DNA from: Phoronis australis | Taxonomy: Eukaryota; Animalia; Phoronida | Length of the DNA: 64,000 nt | NCBI GenBank assembly: GCA_002633005.1 | Contig: NMRA01000223.1 | Location: forward strand, 593,689 to 657,688 | Reading direction: 5' to 3' | In this document: positions 1 to 13,679 of the stretch, one piece after another | How the letters are laid out: each line of letters opens with the position of its first letter | Numbering within the stretch: the first letter of the stretch is position 1 | Translations under genes and position numbers: made by a program | The notes under the pieces: model-generated | Databases searched by the model: none | Told to the model about the DNA's origin: nothing | Seen by the model: the letters and a program-made list of their open reading frames with translations, nothing else

Positions 1-169
1 CCACATCTCTGCCGCATCTGAGGATTTCTCATTAATGTCATAATGATGATCTTGCATATTAAGTGGAAATTAATTATTTCAACTGAAATCCACTGGCGAA
101 TCCCATATGCAGGTGATGTATGCTTGGCCTTGTTGGGACAACCCCCCCCCAGGCGACCAGTGAGTGTGA

Positions 170-1265
170 TACATAACGTCAGAATGTATCCAGCGTGATG
201 TTGACGACATTTTGATTCTGAAGTGCGAGATGATACTTTACTTCTGAGTCAGTGTGACCAGAGTGTGTATTTGTTAGACAGTAAATCTGAAATGCGTGTG
301 ATACTTATCGCTTCTGGTTGAGTTGTTGGATGACACATAGGGTGCATTTGTGGTGGTCCCGTGGGGTCAACAAGCTGAGACTTCTCTTCTGGATGACGAC
401 TTCCTGCTGCCTTAGCCAGTTGACGACAAAAGCGGCAAATCATACATGTATCAAGTGCAGCCACTGATTCTGGATGTTTGCGATTCTTTATTTCTGATTC
501 TGTCCAGGGTGTTATTGATGACATGTTCACTCTGAATTTGTGAGACACTTTGCATCTGAGTAGGTCCAGTGTGTTGTTGAGGACACATATTGATCATAAT
601 TCTGTTTCATATCGTACTTCACTTCCGGTCGTACACACGGTGTTGTTGATGACACATTGGTTCTGAATGTTTGCGCCAGCCTCCCTTACTTCAGGTAATG
701 TACAACGTGTTAAAATGACACATATTCTGAGTGTGTGAGATATATTCACTTCGATTCTCGGTGTGTTCATTCTGAATGTTTGTGACATTTGATTGTGATT
801 ACCAGTCATATCGTTGATACTGAACTAGTCGTTGATTCACAAGTGTGAGACTATTTACTTCTAAATGTTGATGATTCTGATCGAGTGTTTGTCATGTGTA
901 GCCTACTTTACTTCTTACCCAGCGTGCTGTTGACGGCACATTGATTCTGAATATGTGAGTACAAATACTTCTGAATGTGTCCAGCGTGTAATTATCGACA
1001 CATTTACTCCGTCTGAAAATGTGTCATAGAGTGCACGTGGTTTACGACCTCTGACTGTCCGACGCAATGTTGATTCTGAAGAGTGAGACACTTCACATCT
1101 GATTTCACCCGGCGTGATGTTGACGACACATTGATTCTGAGTGTGTGTCGTACTTTACACAGTCGTGAGCATGTCCAGCGTGTAATTGACGACATATTGA
1201 TTCTGAATTATTGCTGTGCGATACTGAGCTCCTGAATGTATCCATGCAGTGTATTCTGAATGAAC
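170..1265. repeat. Degenerate ~60-bp tandem repeat (minisatellite)
   Basis: Recurrent unit resembling CTGAATGTGTCCAGCGTGxTGTTGACGACACATTGATTCTGA-TGTGAGA-ACTT, seen at ~181, 501, 563, 640, 920, 971, 1110 and 1171. The short ORFs here do not join into one frame. Confidence 0.75.
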
Positions 1266-2505
1266 TCAAAAAGTTTCTATAGAATGAATTCTTGTGAATT
1301 TTGGATTAATAACGTTGGCTGCCCTCTTCATCTTGCCCACATTTAACAACATTGTTCTGAATGTTCAAATACACCAGGCGACGTGGGCTCTTCTTTAAAA
1401 AGCAACCACGACGTTCTCTGTATGACCGTCTCTGACTGCCAGTTCGTCACGTGTAAAACTCTTAAAGTACCTGGAGTACAGTTTTAATTAGCACTCATTA
1501 TGTAATTTTTGCCTGTATGTAGCACTCAAGCATGATGACAATTTAATTACCAACCACGTAAGTTACGTTCATGTATGAGTCGTAAGATTCAAAACAAGCT
1601 TGTAGCTGATCACACTTCCTTGCCCAAGGAGATGTAAAAGAGTCTTCTGTGGTGTAGGAAACTCTTGCTCCTCGTAGTTAGGAACACATTTCAGATTCTT
1701 TGTCCAGTAACGACTCTTTGCTTCTGAATGTATGCTGCTTATTCCCTTAGTAATACGTTTTTTTTACTTCTGAGTGTGCTCAATGTTCTTCATGAGACAT
1801 TGGCTGTGAATGAGCTCACCGTGATATCACACGCGTATTGCTTCTGATTGAGCCCACCGATTAACGATACATTGCTCCTGCACGGTATCATTGAGTCGTA
1901 ACGATTAGATTTAATCGTACTCTGTGTTTCCTCGTCGTTCCTAAGCCGGCCATTGGTATGCACTGTAGCGTGAGACATTTCCAGTAACTGGTCACCCCCT
2001 ACTAAAACCTTATAATGCTGTGGTCACGTGCTTCGCAAGTACTGCATGACGATCTCGCGTAGACTTGCGTGACTCTGTCTTTTCGCGAGTGTCCTGTGTC
2101 TCGAGAACAACAACTCTTGTCTGTCGCCAACTGATAAAAGCACTCACTTCCTATATTTTTTTAATGTTTATTACGATAAATGCAACGTACAAAGAGATTT
2201 AAGTCCATAAAGCGCTAGAAAGCATTATATCTGGGCGTCACCAAAATTCGATAAACTCGTGTACAGCATTAGCCATATTTTCCAACTTCGCAGACTTTGC
2301 AAGTCGTTTCAAACTTGGTCCGATTTTCTCTAGAATTAGCGACAATCACAGTGCAGTATTTTGTTGCAAAGCTGCTCTTGTTACATGTAACTCTTTTAAC
2401 AGACTTAAGCAGGGCTAAGTATCATTTTAAGGCTATGTGTAACTTGGTCTGGACGTCTTTGCATTTAGTCAGTATCTGCAAAACTATAGGGCTAACTGAA
2501 GCAGA

Positions 2506-2730
2506 AAGACTGTAGAAATTAATGCTCGTCTTTATGCCAATCTCCCATTGATTTGGTCACGTGACCATGCCATTTCAATAATGGCGAAATAATACCCGCT
2601 TAATAACGTGCCATAAGGATTCACGGTGAAACTTACAAATCGCTGTTTCAGTTTGATAAATTAACATTTCATTTGTTTTATGTAACTTCCGGGATTTTTC
2701 ATGAAAACTCACGTAGTCCTACCAGTCTTT
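2506..2730. mobile_element. Possible small MITE
   Basis: AAAGACTGTAG at ~2506 is an imperfect inverse of CTACCAGTCTTT at ~2719-2730; internal GGTCACGTGACC at 2555-2566. Confidence 0.35.
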
Positions 2731-4309
2731 ACAATCCCATAATGTAGGAATGGGGCTCATAAAAGGGTTTTTGTTGGCGGGAAAACGGATCTTCCATGAT
2801 CAGCCTCAGCGCGGTCTTTGAAAATCATCTCAGGTACAGTTGTACATTTTGCCCGTTCGGGTATCGCCGCACATGCTTCGGATCGGTACCTGGCGGCTTT
2901 AAAATGCCGTGTAAGATGAAAAAACGAGCAAAGTGACGAGGGGAGCAAAACATTTGTCTGGTTTGGAGGCATTGCGTCGGTATTGATGTTGATTGAGCGG
3001 AACAACAGCCTTGTCCATGATTCGAGAGAAAACACTGCGGGATTTATTTTTCGTTTCCTCAATCTTTTGACTGAATCGTTTGTATTTACCCAGAATGCCG
3101 CGTTACCTAAAAAACCGCATTTTTATATTTCAAACAAATTAAAAATTATGGGTCGGAGGTTGGAGAAATGAAAGAAAAATATGGGCGGTGGATAAGAAAT
3201 GGATGTGTCTTGCCCTCTTCCCATACACTGTACATTTTTATCTAATTGATTAATTTACCAGTTATTCTTATTCTTCATAAGCTCCCGTTTTTATGTACCC
3301 TTGGTATGAAGTTATGGCTGAAAAGTAAAAAAAAAACTCAATGATGTTTAAGGTGTCATACTTTTTTAAAGGTTGTTAATTGTTTGACCTAAGAATTTTG
3401 ATGCCTCTGGTCTATTTCTAACACATGACTATATACACAACTTTTTGTCAGCAATAGCAGATAAATTGTAACCAAGTTCAACCCACCTAATACCCGCACC
3501 AGTGGAAGGAATGTAAAAAGCCAAATGTGGGTACTTGTTATGGATACCAGAAACAAAATAATTGTATTTGAGGCCACTTATTTAATTTAATTTAATTTAA
3601 TTTTGGATGTACTTGTGTTTTAGTTGTGTGAGATTTGCAGTTTGTTCAGGTTGTCGATTTTTCGCGTTGGCATATTGCCAGGTCCTATATTTACTTTTTT
3701 TGCTTACCCTCATAATTTGTCAATAGAGTTTTCGTGTGTATCGGTGATGAAAGTCTGATACACGACAGTACCGGATTTAAAGGAAATATTTTAGTTCAAC
3801 AAGTACATTAAATTAGTAATCAAAACGTCGTGTTAGAGTATTTAATCTTCAAAAACTCTGCCAAAGGGACTTTAAAACCAATCCACACATTTTGAAAAAT
3901 AATCTGGGTGTTTGATATTGGTTCTAGAAAATAATGCACCATTTATTCCACCCGTTGTAACTGATCCGGATCAGTCATTTCTGACATATCTTACTCTGAA
4001 TGTTGTCTTTATCCAAGAGTATCTTCTTAAGCGGCACATGACAAGCCAATCAACGGAAATACCTTGTAGAAACTGAAGCGTAACAGCCTGGCGTGCATTC
4101 AGTAAGGCTAGGACCTGCGCTAGGACCTACATGAAGTTAAAATCTAGCCAGCCTCGTGTTCTCATTTAAAACACGCGGTAATATTTCAGGTAATCTCGCA
4201 TAGTCGAGATGTAGCTTTTCACGAGGTCCTGAACTGGAGATGTTGCTTTTTATCGAAATCCTAGCGTTACTGAGCGGGAGGCTGATGTTTGTTCACACTT
4301 TGTTCGCAG

Positions 4310-7300
4310 AAACGGTCGCTGCGGGACGGCGCTGAAGGTAAAACCTACACAGTGGTAGATGAACTTAACCAAGATGACCTGACGTCAGACTACGATGAGA
4401 CGCTGAGTCCCAGGACGCTAATTGAGATGACCGTATGCATTCTCACCTTCGTCGGACGTGTAAGTGTAATCAAGTGCAGCTCAGTGTACCATAACTCAGA
4501 ATGCTTTCCATGGCGTATGCAAAGAGGATAGAACATGGGCTTCTCTAAACGTACATTATTTCCCTTTCGATACATTTAAGTTAGAAAGCGTGCAGCCTAA
4601 TGAATAGGTATAACAAAGCTACCGATATCGGAGATACTATGTCTGTTCGTACAGATATAAGCTATACGTAATGGAGAGACTTGCTAATCTCTATCGATTG
4701 ACTTACTACATCTGTAGGCAGACGTACCGATAGCCTTACTATTTATATCATCAAATTAAGTGTCTTTTATAGACAAACTATCTCCATTGATTGAAGAAAT
4801 TTCAGATGCTGTCCTTTTACTACCACTGTTGTTTCTTTTTGAGCTCTTTTAGGAAAAAGGTTAAGGGTGGTTTACGTTCCTTTTCGTCAAATTTACATTG
4901 ATTAAATTATAGTTACATGTAATAAGCAACTAAAACTGCACATGAATCACTCAGGCCGATTCTGCTGCGTAAATCGGCTGAGCCTTTTGATTGGTTCTCG
5001 ATGACAACTTCCGGCTAATGAGACCAATCATGCATGTGTCTTGACGAAACCGATGAAGTAACTCAGTGAAATGAAACAACAGGAAGTGGAAAGGAGTGTA
5101 ACTGAGTAATTTTGGGAAATCAAACGGAGAGCTGTGCCTCTCTAAGATCGTAAACACTTCTTGGACTATTGTTCGTGTTTTTGAATAAATTTAACATTCA
5201 AAATCCTGTTCATTATTTCTCCATTTTTCAAACTCTGGTATAGTAAATCATTCCTGTGACAACACATAGAATCAACTTTTCTGCTGTAACTAATCAGTTG
5301 AAACAATCGTTGTGCCTGTGTAATGAACAACGCCATGTAATTACGATCTTGTAGGGTTTGTGCCTGAACTCCATCGGGCCTACACTGATGGACCTACGCC
5401 AGCTTACTAACAGCACAGTGCAGGACTCCGCTTACATCTTCATCTCGCAGTCAGCAGGCTTCTTCGGGGGCTCAGTTGCCGCCAAATTCCTGCTAGACGT
5501 CTGCAATAAGGAAATGCTTATGGCCGTTGTCCTGTTAGTGCAAGCTTTCAGCACCGTCCTCATTCCAGCTTTCCATGTACTGTGGTTGATGTGTATCGCG
5601 TTTATAGGACAGGGGTTCAGTATTGGAGTCGCCGGCATAGGTAATTTATTTAACAAACTCGAGAGACGTTCTCGAATCAACACGTGATTGGTCGCTGAGG
5701 TGAAATCCCCTCTTGGTCTCTTGGCAGACGAAGGAGAGACTATGTTTTTGCTCGCGTTGTTTGCAATTCTCACCTATTCACATCAATAAGGTTCACATGC
5801 GGGCACAGAAATCAGACAATTTGCGAGATCTCTTTCCTGGCTTCATGAGTGTCTTCGTCACTTACTGTTAAAACACTGTGGACACATATTTTGCGAAGCA
5901 ATGTGTCATTTGTTCGAGGATTGCTAGCGAATAGAGTTGCACATGTGGGTTCACAAAGGTAAAAATCGTGTCACAAATACCAGCAGCTTGACTGAGTTAT
6001 TTAAGTGAATAAGACCGATTTCAGTAAGCCAAAGCGTGTTGAAAATTTGACGTTGACTTCAATGGCATTGTTTACATGGTTTGGCAGAGCACTTCGGTAA
6101 GATGTCATATGAAATCTGTCTTTGTCATCGACAAGCTGTGTGTTAGACCCCCCGCCCTTCTCTACGGACACGATTTTAAGGCCTACGTGTGTGTTTTCAA
6201 TCAATCTGTATTGCCCCATTCCCTTAATCCTAGATCCGCCTATTAATCTCCGCAAATTCCATGTAAATATTAAATTTGTATTTTTGAAATCTTTGCTATA
6301 AAATTTCAGGAGTCTGCACAATGTGCCTTGTTCTTGGAGGAAAAAAGAGAAGTGGTCAATTCCTGCAGGCTGTCTATCTGGGGACCTCCCTCGGTTCTAT
6401 TGTGGGACCTTTCGTAGCAAAACCGTTTCTATCAGTAGAAGCGCATGGACAGACGAGTGACGTCAGTGGATACGGTCAATTTGTATTGAGTAAAAATCTT
6501 ACTAATCTGGACTATGTAACTGCTGTTGCTCAGAGGTCAACTGTTTTATGGAGAAATACTACACCACAGTCCCTTTCTGCAATGGATGACATTTTCTCAA
6601 ATAACTCCAGCACTCTCAGTTGGAACACGACCACCACCGTCAGTCCCCTTACGACACCGCTTATAGTGCCAACACAGGCCTATACCAAAACTCGCGTTTT
6701 CTACGTCTACATGATTGTTGCGATCATTTTATGCATTCCTGCTTTGGGATTTTTGACTCTATTTTTCGTCAACAGGAGGAACCAGCATGGATACCAAGCG
6801 GAGAAAAAGGTCGAACGATTAACTTTACGAAACTTGAACGCATCGCTGCTGGTTGCAATTTTATTAATATTCCTTTTATGCTTTATATATTTCGGTCTTC
6901 AAGATAGCTACTCAAATTTGTTGACTACATTTGTCGTGCAGAGTAATCTACATTTGCTGAAGGCTACAGGCGTATATGTGACGTCACTCTTCTGGGCATC
7001 AGTATGCTTTGGACGCTTGAACGGAATATGGATTGCTAAATTCCTGTCTCCTTTCAAAATGCTTTTATGTGATATGACGCTTGCATCAGTGTTCGCAACC
7101 TTATTGGCCATATGGGGAGATAAAAGTGAACCAATACTGTGGTTGTGCTCGGGAATGATCGGTCTGAGCTTCGCCAGTGTGAACGGCGCTACTGTTGCAT
7201 GGGCATCGCAGCATGTAGCCGGAGATGGCTACATACTGAGTGTGATAATGGTAGGACGTTGTCTTGGTCTGATGGCTATGCCATCGGGAATTGCTGGTCT

Positions 7301-7487
7301 CTTTCAAAGAGCCGGTGCAATGAGCATGATGTATATTGTGTTTGCGTCGTCAGTGGCGCTGTTGTTAATTATAATTACCCTCCAAATAATGACACGAATG
7401 TGCGGCCAGGAAGGGAGGATTGTGGGTAGGAATTATGGCGAACTCGAAGAAGAATTGGAAGAAATGAATCACGACCGGAAGGAGTAA
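4310..7487 (+). CDS. MFSD4: MFS transporter, MFSD4/NaGLT1 (sodium-dependent glucose transporter 1)-like; at least 3 exons
   Basis: Exons 4310-4459 (donor GTAAGT, phase 0), 5355-5640 (acceptor TTGTAG, donor GTAATT, phase 1) and 6310-7487 (acceptor TTTCAG, stop TAA) join in frame. Motifs GLCLNSIGPTLMDL, SGQFLQAVYLGTSLGSIVGPFVAKPFL and TSLFWASVCFGRLNGI, plus many hydrophobic helices, are typical of MFSD4. The true start is uncertain: in-frame ATG at 4427 or an unidentified upstream exon. Confidence 0.85.
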
Positions 7488-9331
7488 ATTTATGTCAGTC
7501 AGTCATAGTTGAATTAGGATTCCCATCGGTCGTGTGCATTATTGCTGTTCAGTATTTTTTGTTATTTTTTCATCTGAATTTTCTCTTGATATGCTGCTCT
7601 ATTCGAGATTCTCTCATCAACTAAGATAACTGCATGGTATTAACATACATTATGTATGTCGTTCTACGTTGCCGTGGTTTCGGTGTTATTACTGAGACAA
7701 TCGCGCCAGAAATAAGCCGCAATTATACAACTGGTCTCGTAAACATTTTTACGTCCGATCCGCACGCTACCTGTTGGTCAGGTCACGTGACCTATCGAAT
7801 GTAAGTTTGAAAGGATATTTACACCCTACCGGAACTCGATCCCGGCACTTTCTACGCATTCATGTGCAACTGGTCTCTATTAGTAATCATTTAAAAACGT
7901 TGTGGTGGTGTAAGTATCTACTGTTTCTAGGTTCATTGGTGATTGAGGGCAGAATATCGGCAGGTGCTTATTTCTATTGATGACGGAAACAGGTGCGAAA
8001 TCAGTACTTCGGCCTTGGAGGTAAACGAAGCTGGTCCGTCACTACCTCGTTTAAATCTTTGTTTTAACTATTGCCTGACGAATCTTTAATTAGGGGTATC
8101 ATACCATATGCACGCCTTATATGAATGAATGAATTTTCTTTATTAAGAGTGGCATGTGCAAATGCACCCAGCTCACCCAAGGGCACACAGATCACTTTAA
8201 ACCCAAGTAATGCCCATAACAATTTACATAAGAATAATACTAAACCCAATCAGCCTTGTCAAGACATGCTGAAAAGCTTCATATGAAGATTATACTCCGT
8301 AGCAAGCTAGTTGCACTATCAATAGACTGTAATTTCCCACCAATTTGGAGGCTAGAAATGAAGAAAACTTCGAATCTTGCGTCCTGATTGGAACAACAAG
8401 CGAGCTTTCATAATGAAATTAGTGACATTGCGTTGATAGCAATCCCACAAGAGATTGTCAAAAGTCTAGAACTGGTTTATACGAAAACCGTCAGGCTTGC
8501 AAGATCAGCCTCGCCGGCAAGGACGCGAAAAATCACGAGCGTAAAAAGTGAACAATACTTTACCGACAGTAATCAAACTCGTTTCCTATAATTCAGTTAC
8601 AGCGTTGTGTTCAGACTAAATCAACAAGAGGTTAATTGTAAGGGCGAATGTGAACTAGGTTTTCTGTGTTGATGAAGCCTGCCACCTAGTGTAAATTTTA
8701 TAGAATTTGTTTACAGATATTACAGCATCGTGTCAGTCAAGAGATTTTTGAACACACAACAATTATCACAATAATTTTCAACGAAATTCGCTCGAGCTCT
8801 ATGTAATAGTACGAGTACATTTCGTAAGACATGACTATGTAACAGTAATAGGAGTACCGGCATTCCAAAACATTGGTTTAGTTGGGTAACGGACCGGCGA
8901 AGAGCATATTGATTAATGCACAAAACACAACTGGTCTGCTGCTCAGTTCCACTTGTTTGCAAAAGAACAGGGCCGAAAGGGCTTACATTAAAACGTAGTG
9001 TGGTAACTGTACCGATAATTAATGAAATCTATGTGCATTAAAGCAATTGCTTAAAGTAACACAGAAGTGCACAGAATGTACTCACATGAAGAGTTCATTA
9101 GGTTTCAACACCTGTTTAGACAATAAACTAATTCTCGCCACAAGCCTGGCCATTAAGATAGTTAATGATTGTTCAGTTACTATGTCTATTTAGGTTTGAT
9201 TAGGGGAAAATTTACTTTTGTAGTTCTAGGAAAAAGTAATAACCTAAAGTAGACGGACAAGCGCTTTAACACTAATCGACGTCATATTTACGGTATATTC
9301 ACGCGTCCAAACGTTTTCTTTCACACTTTAA

Positions 9332-9399
9332 CATGGGCGGCGCACCATGGGGGGGGGGGCTTTTGGTCTCCCACTTTTTTCAGTGATGCCCCGCCCATG
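9332..9399. mobile_element. Very short MITE, CATG termini, 5-bp TSD
   Basis: CATGGGCGG...CCGCCCATG inverted ends, flanked by TTTAA at 9327-9331 and 9400-9404. Confidence 0.55.
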
Positions 9400-10811
9400 T
9401 TTAAAGCGTCATCGGTGGAAATAAAACACACCCGTAAGGTGAACAGTGCAAAAAGCTCATCGGCCAAAACATTGGATCCGACACGAACAGATCTATGGGC
9501 AAAAAAATGGCAGGAGTCAAAGGCAAAGTTGTAGATCGGTTGATGTACTGTTGATAGGGAACACGCGTACTTCATTCCATAGCTAAATTTAATGCGTTAA
9601 ACAATGAACGTAGCATAGTCTGTATTGTTAGAATCTCGGTGCCTGCACTTAACGAAATGTAACATCGAGTTGGAGACTGCGATACATGTACAATGTACAT
9701 GAATTTGTTATGTGACCGTGAGGCATGGCTCAGAATTGGGGGAGCTATGTGCGCTCAGCCAGCAGCCTCAGGTGCCAGTAAGCTATGCACAAATGTCACG
9801 TCATGCTCGAAAATAGGACAAGAGTGTAATGAATTGGCCCAAGCAACATGTCTCACTGAGCATTATATTTTTTGCGGTTAACAGAAATCGAGTTAAATGC
9901 AGAGCTTACTTACACTCGAGGCAGCCGCTGAGCTCATATCTCTGCCTGCTCCATCTGTCGGAAAGTCACGGAGATGGTATTGTTAAATTAATTAAACTAT
10001 TCTGAGAAAAAACTGTTGTTGGGATCATGTACACTGTAGATTATTATGATAGACTCATATACCCAGTCCAGTCTTATGTCATCACAATTCGTTGTATTAA
10101 AAATAAACTGCTCATCCTACCAAAACGTGTTAATTTCGACACTGCCTGTATACTGTATATCTAATTTCAATTAATTAAACACGCGTGTTTGAAGTCATCT
10201 GTCACCATCAGAAATAATAATATTATCATCATTAATGGTAACTGATTAAGCTACACGTGAACTCCTAACCAACATTCAGTGTAGCCCGACCACTTTGTTG
10301 CTTCACGAGCAAATTGTTAATAGTGTGTTATTTTCATATGGCTTACACTTCTGAGTCAACATTGCTTATCACCAGTTATATACAGATATAGTCAGAGGCT
10401 GAACCACACACTACACGACACTAAGGTCACACTTTACTGCATTGGCGGTTCATCGGTCAAGTTAAATATCAGGTTTATCTCACGTAGTTCGGGATGTTTG
10501 CAAAAATGATATTTCAGAAAACAAGATTCGACCCCTTTGTAAATATCATGACTTTAACTATAAAATTTCTGTTTAGAATGATATTTGCACTCTCATTGAT
10601 GTCAATTTGATGTTATAATGGGTGTAGGAAAGCATTAGCAACTGAACAACTTTGATATAATTCCAATAATCAAACTCTAAAACGGGCAGGAAATTGTCAC
10701 GTGATCTCTCATTACTCCACAAGATGACAATTGGGTCGGTGGATAGGGGTTAACTGTAGAAATCTGGCTGCATAAAACTGCATGTTTGGCAGTGTATTTA
10801 CAGTATGAATG

Positions 10812-12700
10812 CAGGTCCGTAGCCGGGGGGTGGGGGGCTTCGGGGGTTCGATCGAACCCCTTCCCCGCTGAAAAGGTCAAGCCCCAGCAAAAGATAGGAT
10901 ACAAATGGGCAACACTAAGTTAGTAATAATTTTGAATTTGCTTCTGATTCAAAGCGCTTCACGTGGCATCGGGCCGTTCTCGGCAAACTTCGCCCGAGTG
11001 ACGGAGTTTGTGTAGATGATAGGATCGTGCATACGATAAAAGGAGGCTTTATGTTATTCATAAACCACGCGGGTGGTGGCTACACGGAAAGGGTAGTAAG
11101 GTAGTCTAGAAATGAATGTCTATACCTAGGCATAAAATTCCATCCCTATGACCTAAAAAGCTATATAGCAACGAGACAGAGAGCTCCCAAAAAGTAGTCC
11201 AGTGTGAATGCTTTAAAAAATCGGCAAATAAACAAAACAACAGAATATTAAGATTTGTTATTCTTTTATTTAGGTTTGATTGCAAGCATGGTACGGTAAA
11301 GTGTAGGCATTTTTAAATTTTGAATTGAAAGTGATCTTCAAATATGGAATGTTGTTTGTCCAGTGTCCACTTTGATTGTGAATTGGTGGATTGACATCCA
11401 TGCATGTACACGTGTGTACGTTTCCGTTCTTTTAAATTCAGTACACGCTGACGGTAAGTTCACTGTAGACAATCCTCTGTCGTGCTCAAAAGCCAGACAT
11501 TCAACTATCGTGTTTTCTTGCACTTAGAATACCCCGTCGAGCATTTTCACTTTATGAGGAAAAAGTAGTCCTAGACCACAACTTAGGTCAATAAAAAACC
11601 TCTCTTAAATCAGTCTCAATGGTGCACAAACCTGCAGACTTCATACGAGCTACAAACTTGATGTTCGGGTCAAGGCTGTGGCGATCAATGGCAGTTTCAA
11701 ATTTAAGAAGTCTGAATGGGACTCCCTGACTTGGTGAAGAGACAGAGTGGCCTACTTCACTTAGTTTAGACCCGGCTGTGTGCGTGGTTCCTTGGGTGAG
11801 GTTGAGGCGCAGTGACCCTAAACTTTTCGGTATCGCTGCGTTGCATCTTGACACAGATTTGATGACTATGTCTTGGTTGATAATTCATCAGTATTCCTAC
11901 TCCATGTCATTTTAAAAATGCAAGTGCATATTCATTTTAAAGCATGCGGGCAATTTCGACTGCACATGAAATCTGGCCAACGTTTCTAATTGCACTGGCC
12001 ATCTTGAGACGTGGTCGCTGTCTACATGAAATCCAAACAAAGTGTTTTAGTGCCCGGGCGTTTTTTTCAGTATAGGTGCATCTAATTACCGAAGTATCGT
12101 TTATTTTAGCATGTTAAAGCTTAAAAATTACACCCGAGATTGCAAGTTTAGGTATTTTTGGAGCAGTGAAACTTCGGAGTAGTGAATCTTCAAATAGTGA
12201 ACCTTCAGAATAGTGAGCCTTTGACCTTCGAAACAGTGGGCTGTTGCCATTTCCAGCGATGTAGGCAACTTAAATAACGCGCAAAAATACAACCAGATAA
12301 ACAATTTCGTCAAATCATTCGCCGACTAAACTGTATATTTTCCGGCGTTCGAGTGTGTAATGAGGTGTAATCACTCATTTAAGCATGGCATAGTTGAAAT
12401 TTTGGCAGGAGGTAATGCGAGAACGTTCTCTTTCTGGACCACATTAATCCAAATTTGTGTCCTGTTCGTTGCGAGCAACCGTCAAAGCATTCTTATTAAT
12501 TTTCTGATATTGCAAATACCGTCTCATCTCATGAACATGGAGCTGAGAGTCACCGCTGTGTATACAGATTTCCCTTCCCGCTAATTAAGCTGCGTCAAGG
12601 GCCTTACCGAAAACTCTACAGTGTCGACGTTTACAAAACATCTAAGGTCCACCATTCTAGAAATTCGAACCACCCCCCGCTCAATGCTGGCCACGGGCCT
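10812..12700 (-). mobile_element. Decayed hAT-like DNA transposon
   Basis: TIR pair CAGGTCCGTAGCC (10812) and GGCCACGGGCCTG (ends 12700). Internal minus-strand remnant ...EFKRTETYTR..AWMSIHQFTIKVD (11338-11523) resembles the hAT C-terminal dimerization motif SFSxLKRxKTYLR...LxxIH...vD. The TSD is not clean. Confidence 0.6.
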
Positions 12701-12864
12701 GAAATGAACTCATCAAAGCGCTTTCTGATTGATGGGCATTGAATTTGCTATTTTCATATTCTAAGTTCAGAATCCTGGCAATATTGACAGAGGTGTCTCA
12801 TCCACACATCTGCGCTTACACATCAAATAGTTCTCATTCATACAGACTGTTTCGTGTTTGTGCC

Positions 12865-13679
12865 GGCCAGTGTGGAAATCCAGTGCAGAAAAAAATCCAG
12901 GACGCAAATTTTATACTCAATATCCAGAATCGAAATATATACTCAAAACCAGAATTTATCAAGACAGGACCTATCATCTTTCATGTCAGGACCAAAATTG
13001 AACACGTTAGGGTCGAAATTTTATCACTCCAAAACATTAAATTGATCTCCCCAAGAACAAAAAATCAACTCATCGGGAAAATTTCTCGCCTGAAAAATGT
13101 TAAGCCAGAAGACCAAGTGACTATCCGCAGGCACGTGACTACAAACACGTGGACGTCATTCATTGAAACAAACTACATGTAGATGACAGAGAGAGACGAC
13201 GATTGGATTATAGAGTGTCCAAGTGGTTTCTTTTGTAAAACGGAAGACATAAAAAATTCGTCATCTTCTCTTTGAGGTGACACGTACTTGTGGATGGTCA
13301 CGTGGTCTCTTGGCATGAAAATTCTCTGTTGTGAAATTTTCCCGACGTGTTAAATTTTGGACCTTAAATTTTTGATCCTGACGCGATAAATTTTCGTTTC
13401 TGACATCATAAAGTATCAGTCGTCAAGTGATCAATTACAAGTCCTGAACTGATAAATTTTGGGTCCTGTCCTGATAAATTTTGTACTTGAATTATTTTTG
13501 TCTTACAAAATGGAAATAAATGTTTTGGACAATTTTTAATTCTTGAGTAAGTGAAAATGCTGATTTTGAGTTAATTTTTGTTGGTCCTGCAGAGAACAAA
13601 TAATGTTTACCAGTTTTTAATTATAGAATAGAAAATCTGTTTCATGGATTTTTTTCCGCTTATTGGCTCTCGATAGGCC
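12865..13679. mobile_element. Foldback-type element with long imperfect inverted arms and ~21-bp subrepeats
   Basis: Left arm GGCC..GAAAAAAATCCAGGACGCAAATTTT..TCGGGAAAATTTC..GACCAAGTGACTATCC is the inverse of right arm GGATGGTCACGTGGTC..GAAATTTTCCCGA..AAAATCTGTTTCATGGATTTTTTTCC..GGCC. Subrepeats of type GTCCTG....GATAAATTTTG. Confidence 0.65.

Noticed and set aside
12739-13182. 147-aa ORF
   Set aside because: No ATG start, and it lies in the periodic arm of a foldback element.
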